From positions 132,190-196,189 of the forward strand of contig CAZSKK010000001.1 in NCBI GenBank assembly GCA_964607415.1: a stretch of DNA of 64,000 nt, written 5' to 3'. The notes below the pieces were generated by a model. It saw only the letters and a list, made by a program, of their open reading frames with translations, was not told where the DNA came from and searched no databases. A program made the translations under genes and the position numbers. This document shows positions 10,094-18,827 of this stretch, piece after piece. This stretch comes from an uncultured Candidatus Saccharibacteria bacterium. GTDB lineage: Bacteria > Patescibacteriota > Dojkabacteria > J137. The stretch's first letter is position 1; every line of letters starts with the position of its first letter.

Positions 10094-10719
10094 TCTTCAA
10101 AGAAGCACTTCCGACATATTCATACGAATTATTAAAACGAGTTAGTAAAAATACTGGTTTTTCAAAATTTTATTTAGCTGGAGGCACAAGTCTGGCCTTA
10201 CAAATTGGTCACAGAAAGTCGGTTGATTTAGATTTTTTTTCTTCTGAACCTTTTTCGTCAAATATTACTTCCGAACTTAAAGATGATTATAAAGCAATTT
10301 CAATTTCTAACAATTCAATTGAACTTATAGTTGAAAATACGAAAGTTATGTTTTGGTATTTTGCATTTCCTTTAATAAAAGAACTTGTTAAAAAAGAAAA
10401 GCTGTCATTAGCTGATCCACTAGATATTGGATTAATGAAATTGCTTGCCATTCAAGGTAGAACTACCAAAAAAGATATTATCGATCTTTATTTTATTGAC
10501 AAGGAAATAATAAAGCTTGAGGATTTATTAGAACTTTTTGAATCGAGCTATAAAGAAACTTCTTTTAACGCTTATTCTTCACTTAAAAGCTTATTTGATA
10601 TAGAAAAGCTAAAAAATGATCCAATGCCAGAGATGCTAAAAGAAGTTAGTTTTGATGAAGCTTTTGAATTAGTTACTGATAAGATAGGTAGGCACTTGAA
10701 GCAAAAATTTAAAATGTAG
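10090..10719 (+). CDS. AbiEii/AbiGii-family nucleotidyltransferase toxin (type IV TA)
   Basis: FYLAGGTSLALQIGHRKSVDLDFF, MKL.AI.GR...KD..DLY. Confidence 0.9.
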   Translation: MIFKEALPTYSYELLKRVSKNTGFSKFYLAGGTSLALQIGHRKSVDLDFFSSEPFSSNITSELKDDYKAISISNNSIELIVENTKVMFWYFAFPLIKELVKKEKLSLADPLDIGLMKLLAIQGRTTKKDIIDLYFIDKEIIKLEDLLELFESSYKETSFNAYSSLKSLFDIEKLKNDPMPEMLKEVSFDEAFELVTDKIGRHLKQKFKM

Positions 10720-10828
10720 TTAATTTGTTAACTAGTAAAAAGTTGGTTAGTTTTGTGTTACCAATTAACAGGCTACTAATTGACCTCTTGCATTTAAAAT
10801 CAAAAATTTCAAATCTACAATCAATAAG

Positions 10829-12034
10829 CTAGTATTTTAAGCTTCCGCTATCACCCACTCTCCAATATGCAACACCTTTAATCCCATAATCTGCAGCAAG
10901 TTGTTTTCTAAGCTCAAAAGATTTTTGAGTAGGATAAACAACAATTCTTTTTTCGTTTTCAAAAATATATTCTCCTATTGCTTCTCCCCATTCCTCGTTA
11001 AAGTTTTCTGTCAGGTTGTAGCCATTTTTAACTTTTTCTATGTCTTTATAAAAGTATGCATCGGCAGGTTCCAAGTTTCCAAACAATCCAATTTTAAATT
11101 GGTTTCCTTCTTTTATTACTGAAGTAATTTCTCTATCAGACCAGTCATAAGCATATGTATGTACACCTAAAACTATTTTTTCTCTTGGAACCTCAGAATA
11201 AATTGCGTATTTAATAACAAACTCCATCCATTCTAAAGGTGCGATTGGACCGGCTTTTTCACTTCCAGCTCCGTAAAATTCGTATGTCATGATTCTAAGT
11301 TCATCAACCAAATCAGAAATTCTTTTGTAATCTTGTGTAATTCTTGTTTGTGGGAGTGCATTATAATCTACTAAATCTCCCCATTTGGGAAGAACTGTGA
11401 ATACAAGCTTTTTATTTATTTCTTGAAGTTGATCCGAAAGCCTTTCTAAAAAAATGAAAAATTTATCTTTGTCTTTAAGGTAGGTTGATTCGTAATCAAG
11501 ATCAATTCCGTCATATCTGTTTTCAACCACATTTTTAACGATTTCATTTATGTGTCTATTTAAATTTTCATCATTATTTAAAACTTTGTTTAAAATCTCA
11601 TGATCAAAAAGAGTTATAGTAGGTATAAGTTCAATATTATTCTGGGAAGTAAAATTAATAAAATCTTTTCCGTTACTATAGCCGTTTTTTTTCAATGAGC
11701 CGTCCTCATTAACCCAGAACCAGACTGGACTTACTGAATCAAAATTATCTTTTTGTTCTTTAATAACACTTAAACCATCTGGTATGTCATAATCGGGAAT
11801 CCAGCCTGTTACAAAAAGATCATTAATGTCTTTGGATTTTTTCCCAATAGAGCTTATTGCGTCAAATTCCAAATCTTTTTCCGATCTACTGGAAACTTTA
11901 ACTTCAGTGGTGGCAGTTACGTACCGTGTGTGGTTAGGAAGATATAAAACTGAGGCTAAAAAGACTGGAGTTTGCAAAATAATTAATCCCAGGAAAAACA
12001 AATTGAGTTTTTTTAGGGTGAAAAGTTTACGCAT
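10829..12034 (-). CDS. Glycoside hydrolase family 18, membrane-anchored
   Basis: DGIDLDYE catalytic motif, IMTYE, GPIAP, GVAYWRVG; N-terminal TM. Confidence 0.9.
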   Translation of the reverse strand: MRKLFTLKKLNLFFLGLIILQTPVFLASVLYLPNHTRYVTATTEVKVSSRSEKDLEFDAISSIGKKSKDINDLFVTGWIPDYDIPDGLSVIKEQKDNFDSVSPVWFWVNEDGSLKKNGYSNGKDFINFTSQNNIELIPTITLFDHEILNKVLNNDENLNRHINEIVKNVVENRYDGIDLDYESTYLKDKDKFFIFLERLSDQLQEINKKLVFTVLPKWGDLVDYNALPQTRITQDYKRISDLVDELRIMTYEFYGAGSEKAGPIAPLEWMEFVIKYAIYSEVPREKIVLGVHTYAYDWSDREITSVIKEGNQFKIGLFGNLEPADAYFYKDIEKVKNGYNLTENFNEEWGEAIGEYIFENEKRIVVYPTQKSFELRKQLAADYGIKGVAYWRVGDSGSLKY

Positions 12035-12067
12035 AATTTATTGTATCACAGTTTATATCCCGCTTTT

Positions 12068-12115
12068 CTCATCCCTTCCCCTTAATCTAAGGGGAGGGAG
12101 CTTTAGCCGGAGTGA
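12068..12115. repeat. GC-rich hairpin repeat
   Basis: CTTCCCCTTA-ATC-TAAGGGGAGG hairpin with flanks resembling 50948-51022. Confidence 0.5.
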
Positions 12116-12140
12116 ATACAAACTGTGATAGAATGCTCAT

Positions 12141-12527
12141 ATGAAATACAACAAACTAACTCCCGAAGAAGAGCGAATCATTGTAAATAAAGGCACTGAG
12201 TTCCCCTTTACAGGAGAATATGATAATTTTTACGAACCTGGAACTTTTATTTGTAGGCGTTGCAATAATCCTCTTTTTTCTTCAAAAGCAAAATTTGATG
12301 CTCATTGTGGCTGGCCTGCTTTTGATGATAGTTTTCCAAATGCTCTGAAGAGACTTCCAGATCCAGATGGTGTAAGAACAGAAATAAAATGTGCAAATTG
12401 TAATGCACATTTAGGTAATGAATTTATTGGCGAACAATTGACAGATAAGAATGTTAGAGAATGTGTAAATTCACTTTCGATTAAGTTTGTTAAAGAAGGT
12501 GAAACAATACCTGAGGTTATTAAATAA
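12141..12527 (+). CDS. msrB: Methionine-R-sulfoxide reductase
   Basis: KGTE.PFTGEY, CRRC, KFDAHCGWPAF, RTEI.C..C.AHLG, R.CVNS.S. Confidence 0.95.
   Translation: MKYNKLTPEEERIIVNKGTEFPFTGEYDNFYEPGTFICRRCNNPLFSSKAKFDAHCGWPAFDDSFPNALKRLPDPDGVRTEIKCANCNAHLGNEFIGEQLTDKNVRECVNSLSIKFVKEGETIPEVIK
12460..12523 (+). repeat. 64-bp direct repeat, copy 1 (3' end of msrB)
   Basis: Identical to 13773-13836 except one T/C. Confidence 0.95.
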
Positions 12528-12531
12528 TAAG

Positions 12532-12562
12532 CAAGCTCCTGCGCTTCAAGCGCAGAAGCTTG
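12532..12562. terminator. Hairpin between convergent genes
   Basis: CAAGCTCCTGCGCT-TCA-AGCGCAGAAGCTTG stem-loop. Confidence 0.6.
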
Positions 12563-12567
12563 TAATC

Positions 12568-13647
12568 CTATTCTAGATTTAACATTGCTTTAACTTTTTC
12601 ATTCACTCTATCTAATCTCTCGGCTGCTTCTTGACCCATTAAAGCTAAAATTTGTTGTCGTTTGAAATTTCTAATCTCTTCCCATGCTTTTACACCATGT
12701 TGTCCTTGAGCATTTTCAAGCAAAGTACTAGTCGAACCATTGTTAATGTCTTTAATTACTGATACTCCAACATCAGCATATTTCATTAAGAATTTTACTT
12801 GATGAAGATATTTTGTGTCATCATGGCTTACTAATCTGGTGGTACGTCCTGCTTCAAAAGAGTTTAATTCAGATTTATCACCTGTAGCTTGATTTATGAC
12901 TGCAGTTGTATAAAGTTGCCAAGCCTGAACAGGGACTTTACCTAAATCTTTTCCTTCTATTAAATTTGTATATAGTGCTTTATATGCAAGTAGTCCATTT
13001 ATAAGATCTGCTTTATCTTTCTCAGGAATATCTTCACCTTCCAACTCAGCAAGCATTTGATCTATATCAAGATTAACTGGTGCGGGGAATAATTCTCTAT
13101 TATCTTCAGGTGAAGGCAATATTCCAACTAAATCTACATTCAAGGAAGCCATACCTACTACACGTTCATGTGCAGGTTCTACAGGTCTTCTATTTAGTTC
13201 TGTACCGCCATTTTCAATATATTTTGATGCCTTGACATTAGAGATTAATTTGTCACTATCGGCAAGCATCACTACGAATACATCCTCTCTTTTGCAATTA
13301 GCAGTAGCTAAATAGCACTCTAAAACTTGTTCAACATAAAAGGCATGACCTTTATGAGTTAAATCATAACTTCCAGGCACATATACAATATGCTTTCCAT
13401 TTTGTTTTTCTTCCCGGATTCGACTTTGTACTTCTGTTAAACTCCCTGCAATCTTACTCAGAAGTTTTTCAGTTGATTCTTCTGTTCTTACATCAGGTAG
13501 TGTTAACCCTGCCTCTGGGTCAATAATGATACCAATCTTCATTCCCATCTCATAAATCTCTTGTCCGGAAGTATTTTCACCAGGGTATTGTTTTTGAGGT
13601 TCTACTGTTATAGGTTTTGTTTTAGGCATATCTGGAGTTGTATCCAT
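12568..13647 (-). CDS. Divergent HxGH cytidylyl/adenylyltransferase-like protein
   Basis: PGSYDLTHKGH, DSD..I...K, RP....ER pattern as in RfaE/TagD-type domains; long N-terminal and internal extensions. Confidence 0.65.
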   Translation of the reverse strand: MDTTPDMPKTKPITVEPQKQYPGENTSGQEIYEMGMKIGIIIDPEAGLTLPDVRTEESTEKLLSKIAGSLTEVQSRIREEKQNGKHIVYVPGSYDLTHKGHAFYVEQVLECYLATANCKREDVFVVMLADSDKLISNVKASKYIENGGTELNRRPVEPAHERVVGMASLNVDLVGILPSPEDNRELFPAPVNLDIDQMLAELEGEDIPEKDKADLINGLLAYKALYTNLIEGKDLGKVPVQAWQLYTTAVINQATGDKSELNSFEAGRTTRLVSHDDTKYLHQVKFLMKYADVGVSVIKDINNGSTSTLLENAQGQHGVKAWEEIRNFKRQQILALMGQEAAERLDRVNEKVKAMLNLE

Positions 13648-13772
13648 AAAAAATATTATTAAATTATACAATAAAAGGTTTAAAAATTTTAACCTAGTAA
13701 AAAATTATCTGCAACCATAAAATGGCAACAGTTTGATATTGCAAAAATCACTCACTATTTTGGGGAGGAATA

Positions 13773-13836
13773 AATGTGTAAATTCACTTTCGATTAAGTC
13801 TGTTAAAGAAGGTGAAACAATACCTGAGGTTATTAA
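13773..13836 (+). repeat. 64-bp direct repeat, copy 2 (duplicated msrB 3' end)
   Basis: 63/64 identity to 12460-12523. Confidence 0.95.
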
Positions 13837-14330
13837 GATTCCACAGGGCAAATTGTGAAATTATGTTGAAATACTAGTTGATTTTGATAGTAAATAACTT
13901 CTTCGCCTAGCCACATTGGAATGTTTGGGTTATTGCTGGTACATTCGTAATGGTATTGCCACCCACCATTCACAATAGCAAAATCTTCATCGAGTCTAAT
14001 TCTTTCAGCGTATGCATTTACTATTTCAGATAAAAAAATCATTATATCTTTTTCTATAATTCCTAATTCTTCAATCTTGCTATGTTCAATTGTGCCACCT
14101 GCATATACCCTTGTGTAAGTAATTGCTCCAACTTTAATAATCTCTTGGCCTCCAGTAGTTCTGGGATTGTGCCCTGCCCATTGGTCTGTGGAAAGAACCC
14201 TTTCGTTGTCTAATCCGTTTGTAGTTATTGACAAACCATCCCTTTCTGAAGCTTGAGGCGTTGTTGTAAAGCTGTTGAGAAGGCTTTCTGCAAAAGCTGA
14301 TTTTATTTCTAGTGGAATTCCGTTATTCAT
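13833..14330 (-). CDS. DUF5680-like hypothetical protein
   Basis: D.W.G....GGQE, Y.GG and GEEVIYYQNQLVF pattern. Confidence 0.55.
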   Translation of the reverse strand: MNNGIPLEIKSAFAESLLNSFTTTPQASERDGLSITTNGLDNERVLSTDQWAGHNPRTTGGQEIIKVGAITYTRVYAGGTIEHSKIEELGIIEKDIMIFLSEIVNAYAERIRLDEDFAIVNGGWQYHYECTSNNPNIPMWLGEEVIYYQNQLVFQHNFTICPVES

Positions 14331-14359
14331 AAGTTACTAAAATGATTAAGTGGTTAAAT

Positions 14360-14563
14360 CTATCTCAATTTTTCTATCAATATATTTATCGTTGAACATT
14401 TCTGGTGGAGTAAGTCTTTGGATGAATACCAGTAAAAATTATATTTATTATCTACAGAGTAAAATAAATTTGAAATCCATGGATCGCCATCTTTTGTAGC
14501 TACTGAAATAGTCATGTATAAATTATCTTCGATGATTTTTTGTGCTTTTTGTTCGTTAGTCAT
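14360..14563 (-). pseudogene. Truncated pyridoxamine-5'-phosphate-oxidase-family gene
   Basis: YMTISVAT.DG.PW...LFY...FYWYS....H N-terminal half only; ends after about 67 aa. Confidence 0.65.
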
Positions 14564-14594
14564 GATTAAATAATAGTTCAATCCTATAATTAAG

Positions 14595-15512
14595 TTAAGT
14601 ACACTTATCAAAAAACTCAAAAATCCTGTCGTAACTATCAGGTGCAAGAGCGTGACCATAATCTTCTTCTATGACTAATTCTACTTTTGCACCTTCACTT
14701 TTTAAATAGTTAGCATAGTGCAAACATCTTTCATACTGATTCTTACCAAATATCGATTTAATTTTTTCATTTAAAGTAGGATCGATTAAATCTGCCTCGA
14801 AAGAAAGTGGATCGTTAGTTTGGTTAGTATCGAGCACACCTACGTATAAAAAGAATTTTAATGATAAAAATTGATGTTTACTAAATCTTTGTCCCTTGAT
14901 TGTCTCTATATCATCAACTCCAAAAGGATATGGTAAGGTTACATCGCTAAGGCTTTTTTCTGGATAAATATAATTACCTGCAAGCGGTATTGCAATTGCT
15001 TCCACAATATCCGGGTACAATAGGCTAAACCGATTAACCATATTTGCGCCTGCAGAAACTCCAGCAGCAAATATCTTCTTGTATAAGTTATATTTTTTTG
15101 ATTCAAGTGTATTTCTAAGAGCGTTAATGAAATTTAGAATTTCTATATCCGGTCTTCTATAAAATTCACCCCAATCATCAGACATAACTGGCTTTGCTAA
15201 CATTTGAGAATCTTGCGGGATTATAGAGCTTGTGCCTTGAAATCTCGGAAGAACAGGCATTATTGCAATTAAATTATGCCTATCACAATCTTGTTTTATC
15301 ATTTCAATATCATCTTTAGCAGCGCTTATAATATCTTCATATGCCATTCCATCAAAGCTTCCATGTCCCCAAAGTAAAATTCTGAATTTTTTATTAGATC
15401 CTTCTAAATAGTCAGGAGTTATAACATAGAAAGCATATTTACTCTTTGAATCAAACTCAATTGATTCTCCTAAAGTAACAGTTTCGTTGAAAAATAGTTT
15501 AAGATTTGCCAT
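14595..15512 (-). CDS. Alpha/beta hydrolase
   Basis: HGS, nucleophile elbow GVSAGA, Asp in VGVLD, C-terminal GH. Confidence 0.75.
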   Translation of the reverse strand: MANLKLFFNETVTLGESIEFDSKSKYAFYVITPDYLEGSNKKFRILLWGHGSFDGMAYEDIISAAKDDIEMIKQDCDRHNLIAIMPVLPRFQGTSSIIPQDSQMLAKPVMSDDWGEFYRRPDIEILNFINALRNTLESKKYNLYKKIFAAGVSAGANMVNRFSLLYPDIVEAIAIPLAGNYIYPEKSLSDVTLPYPFGVDDIETIKGQRFSKHQFLSLKFFLYVGVLDTNQTNDPLSFEADLIDPTLNEKIKSIFGKNQYERCLHYANYLKSEGAKVELVIEEDYGHALAPDSYDRIFEFFDKCT

Positions 15513-16207
15513 TATAAAATATAATCCGAAATATGAATATAACTTTTATAAGTTGATAAATCTTTACCTAAAACCAATATATCAATTTCTGGCCACTTGT
15601 GTTGAATTTTCTTCGCATCTTTTTTGGAAATCCACTCTAATGAATCTAAAAGTTTCATTTTAGATTTTTGTTTTCCATCAACTTCAACTTTATAAACTGT
15701 AAAAGCATCATCAAATAATATCTCCCCACTTGATGTTTGAATTGTTTTTAAATGCAAACTTAAAAACTTAAAATTTTTATGATTTAAAACTAAACCCGTA
15801 TTCATCTTAAAAGCTCTTGTTAGGGTATTTTCAATCTTTTCGCCAAAAAACGGTTTACTACTTGGCAAATTATAAAAATTAACTTTGGACTGAGGATGAG
15901 ATTTTAGAAGGTAATTTCCATTAGAATCCGAACATAAAAAACCTATAAAAAAAGTTTTGACTCCTTTGTCCTCCAGTTCCAGAGGCTCTCCTATCTGACC
16001 GTCAGGCAGGTACTTAGCAATTGCTTTAACACCTTTCAATGTAATAGAATAAATCCCATCAGATTTTTCAACAAAGCCTTTTGCAATTAATTGGTTAAGG
16101 TGAAAAACGATATTGTCTTCAAAATCGTAGCCTGAAGCTAATGTCCCGTATCTTTGACTGTTTTGTGTAAATAATCTTTTTAGTATGATTTTTTGAAGCT
16201 TATGCAT
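15512..16207 (-). CDS. Winged-HTH plus degenerate NUDIX-like protein
   Basis: FHLNQLIAKGFVEK...YSITLKG wHTH followed by a NUDIX-like fold with a decayed Nudix box. Confidence 0.6.
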   Translation of the reverse strand: MHKLQKIILKRLFTQNSQRYGTLASGYDFEDNIVFHLNQLIAKGFVEKSDGIYSITLKGVKAIAKYLPDGQIGEPLELEDKGVKTFFIGFLCSDSNGNYLLKSHPQSKVNFYNLPSSKPFFGEKIENTLTRAFKMNTGLVLNHKNFKFLSLHLKTIQTSSGEILFDDAFTVYKVEVDGKQKSKMKLLDSLEWISKKDAKKIQHKWPEIDILVLGKDLSTYKSYIHISDYIL

Positions 16208-16354
16208 GTTAAGTGTAGTTGGCTACTCTGAAAAATAGACGGTTAGTATTTTAAAATAAGAATGTGTCTACATTTCGTCAGATTTGACAATCTGCTCGAT
16301 GTGACACCAGTTCGTTGTTTTCTCAATATTATTTTAAATATTAACATCTCAATT

Positions 16355-16723
16355 ATGTTTACGGAAATTTTTGCACTGTGCCTTTTAGTTAATGATTTTG
16401 AAAAATCATTAGATTTTTACAAAAACACACTTGAACTTGAAGTGAATTCTACTAATAGTAAGTTTGCTGATTTTAAACTGGGTGCAACTTCTCTTGCTAT
16501 TTTCCAAAAAGATGAAGCAACTCAAATGTTTTCTTCAAAATATATAAAAACTGGTGGAGGAAGTGTAATTGCTTTTCAAGTTACTAACATTAACAAATCT
16601 TGTGAAAGTTTAAAGTTAAAAGGTGTGGAAATTATTGAAGATCCTAAAACCACAGCGTGGGGACAAAAAGTTGCATACTTTTTAGATCCGGATTTAAATA
16701 TAATCGAAATTTCTGAAAAATGA
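16355..16723 (+). CDS. VOC/glyoxalase family protein
   Basis: LLVNDFEKSLDFY, IAFQV, P....WGQ..AYFLDPD.NIIE. Confidence 0.9.
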   Translation: MFTEIFALCLLVNDFEKSLDFYKNTLELEVNSTNSKFADFKLGATSLAIFQKDEATQMFSSKYIKTGGGSVIAFQVTNINKSCESLKLKGVEIIEDPKTTAWGQKVAYFLDPDLNIIEISEK

Positions 16724-17145
16724 ATGGTTTAGTCAAAAAAACAATTCATGATGAATCGAAAATGATACTTCCACCAGAAATTGTAGCCGTTGGAGTAGAT
16801 TTTCCAAGAGACTTAGAAAAGCTCTGGGCACTGGAATTGTTTGCAGAAGAAATTCCTGTTGAAGAGTTGGCTTGGCACTTGGATCTACCCTTCTTCTGGC
16901 AGCCTGATATACCTTTTAGTTTAAAGCCGAAGGAAGTTTTAGCAAATCCAGACAAGTATGAATACAGAATGAGTAGAATTATGGGTGTTGATGAAAGCTT
17001 TCCAATTCATGTTATTTTTTGGAAAGAAAGGTGGGTAATACTTGATGGACTACACAGGTTTTGTAAACAAGTTGTTCAAGGGAAACCTGTTGTTAAGGTT
17101 AAAAAGGTACCGGTTGATTGGGTTGATAAAATTAAGCCTGATTAA
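16720..17145 (+). CDS. ParB/sulfiredoxin-like domain protein
   Basis: PI.V......VILDGLHR motif. Confidence 0.6.
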   Translation: MNGLVKKTIHDESKMILPPEIVAVGVDFPRDLEKLWALELFAEEIPVEELAWHLDLPFFWQPDIPFSLKPKEVLANPDKYEYRMSRIMGVDESFPIHVIFWKERWVILDGLHRFCKQVVQGKPVVKVKKVPVDWVDKIKPD

Positions 17146-17170
17146 TTTAGTTTATACGGCTAAGAGGATA

Positions 17171-18007
17171 CTATGCCTCTTGAGGTACAGTTTGGAACTT
17201 AGGCTTATGAACAACAATAATTTCATGTCCCACTTTTATTTCATAAGTACCATCATCTTTCCGAAATTGTTTAACGTATTCAGCTATGTCTAATCTATTT
17301 TGTTCAGTAATCTCATCAGCACTAATACCTCCTAAAACTACAGGCATTACTCTTATAAGTTCATCAATACTCTCCCATTTAAAATGACTCTCTACTATTT
17401 CAGTATCGAAGTTAATACCCTTACTAGCCAGGTGTTCTTTTACATCTCCAATATTAAACTCATGCCCATTATGTTTTACGCCTTCAAACTCTTTTATGAA
17501 TTGTGTATACTGGCTTTCAAGATCTGACATAGTGATTATTACTTTTCCCCCATCTGAAAGTGAATTAAGCATTTTATCTAACTGATCCAAAGGATCAGGT
17601 AAATATCTCATAACATGAGATGCGCAAATACAATTTGGTCTTCCTATACTCTCTGGCTCCAAATTCTGAAACGAATCAGTTACAACTGTTGCATCAGGAA
17701 ATTTTTCTCCAAGAATATTATGGTATTTATTTGAAGGTTCAATCAGAATAGCTTGTGAGAATTTATCTATGTAAGCATCTAACATGTCTCCTGTGCCAGC
17801 CCCAACCTCAATCAATTTATTTCTCTTTTCTGACGGCAAAAATCTATCTACAAGTGCAGCAACTGCATTTTTCAAAATCTCTTTCTCGTCGTAGACCATT
17901 TCTAGGAAAAATAGAAATGTTTCATCTTCATAAGCCGCCGCTTTTCTATGCCCGTTATCATTTTGCGCAGGTAAATTGGCTTGATCAGTAACTAAAGTTG
18001 CATCCAT
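17171..18007 (-). CDS. Class I SAM-dependent methyltransferase
   Basis: IEVGAGTG, IEPS, ASHVMRY, L..GG motifs. Confidence 0.8.
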   Translation of the reverse strand: MDATLVTDQANLPAQNDNGHRKAAAYEDETFLFFLEMVYDEKEILKNAVAALVDRFLPSEKRNKLIEVGAGTGDMLDAYIDKFSQAILIEPSNKYHNILGEKFPDATVVTDSFQNLEPESIGRPNCICASHVMRYLPDPLDQLDKMLNSLSDGGKVIITMSDLESQYTQFIKEFEGVKHNGHEFNIGDVKEHLASKGINFDTEIVESHFKWESIDELIRVMPVVLGGISADEITEQNRLDIAEYVKQFRKDDGTYEIKVGHEIIVVHKPKFQTVPQEA

Positions 18008-18371
18008 AAGTAACATTATTAAAATTTAATTCCGATTCAGGATACCTGCTTATAATATTAGTGTCAATATAAAACGGTAACAATTACAGAGTTTTGTAAA
18101 AAGATTAAATACCTGTCTATAAAAGTTTTATAGCTAAATTTTAGAAAAAATACTAGAGGGTTTATCTATCTACTTAAATGTGGCAGCAAAAATGATGTTC
18201 GTAAGCGCCGTCAGGCAGAAGATGTGGTAAAAAATAGTTAGCTTGTGACTAAATATGTGGAGGCTTTTGTTTAGCACTGAAGTCAAATTTTCCTAGAGCA
18301 GAAGGTACAAAAAGGTCCATTTAGCAACGGACGAATTTACAATGCACTTAATACATTCAAAAAAAACTAAA

Positions 18372-18444
18372 AGCAGCGGACGAGGCTCGAACTCGCGACC
18401 TCCTCCTTGGCAAGGAGGCGTTCTACCAATTGAACTACCGCTGC
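18372..18444 (-). tRNA. tRNA-Gly(GCC)
   Basis: GCAGCGG...CCGCTGC-T, anticodon arm CCTCC-TT-GCC-AA-GGAGG, GTTCGAG T-loop. No encoded CCA. Confidence 0.97.
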
Positions 18445-18453
18445 TTTTAGTTT

Positions 18454-18513
18454 TCCTTGGCAAGGCTCAACATGACATTTAGTCATGTTTCGTACCAATT
18501 GAACTACATCCGC
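18454..18513 (-). pseudogene. Interrupted 5' half of a second tRNA-Gly(GCC)
   Basis: Minus strand reads GCGGATGTAGTTCAATTGGTA-[27-nt hairpin]-CCTTGCCAAGGA; no T-arm or 3' acceptor strand. Confidence 0.75.
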
Positions 18514-18799
18514 TAACTCTTTTTTAAAAGAACTTGACATACGACCTCTTTCTTGGCAACGAGACAGGATATTATCCTGTCGAGTGTTCTAAAGGAACTG
18601 CTAATTGCTCAACATGACATTTAGTCATGTTTCGTACCCCTCTTCGAGGATTAATATCTTCTAAGCTCAAACTGCGCTTTGCTTGTTTTCACTAAGAATC
18701 TATTAGCAATTGTCTGCCAAAGGCAGATCCGCCTCTGGCGGAAACTACCGCTGCTAAATAGAGCTTTTTTCTCTCAGCACGACATTTAGTCGTGCTTCG
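18466..18799. repeat. Three copies of a 27-nt hairpin element (18466-18492, 18608-18634, 18773-18799)
   Basis: CTCAACATGACATTTAGTCATGTTTCG twice and CTCAGCACGACATTTAGTCGTGCTTCG once. Confidence 0.9.
18530..18754 (-). pseudogene. Third tRNA-Gly(GCC) copy broken by at least three insertions
   Basis: Collinear fragments of the intact gene (CGACCTC.T.CTTGGCAA / G.GTTCTA / AATTG / AACTACCGCTGC on +) separated by hairpin inserts. Confidence 0.75.
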
Positions 18800-18827
18800 T
18801 CCCTCTGATTATAGTAAAATTATTGAT

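Noticed and set aside
18020-18360. Possible ncRNA or small ORF downstream of tRNA-Gly
   Set aside because: No convincing long stem and no ORF above about 25 codons found by eye.
18466-18799. CRISPR array (27-32 nt palindromic repeats)
   Set aside because: Only three copies, irregular spacing of about 115-140 nt, intervening DNA is tRNA-derived, and no cas genes.
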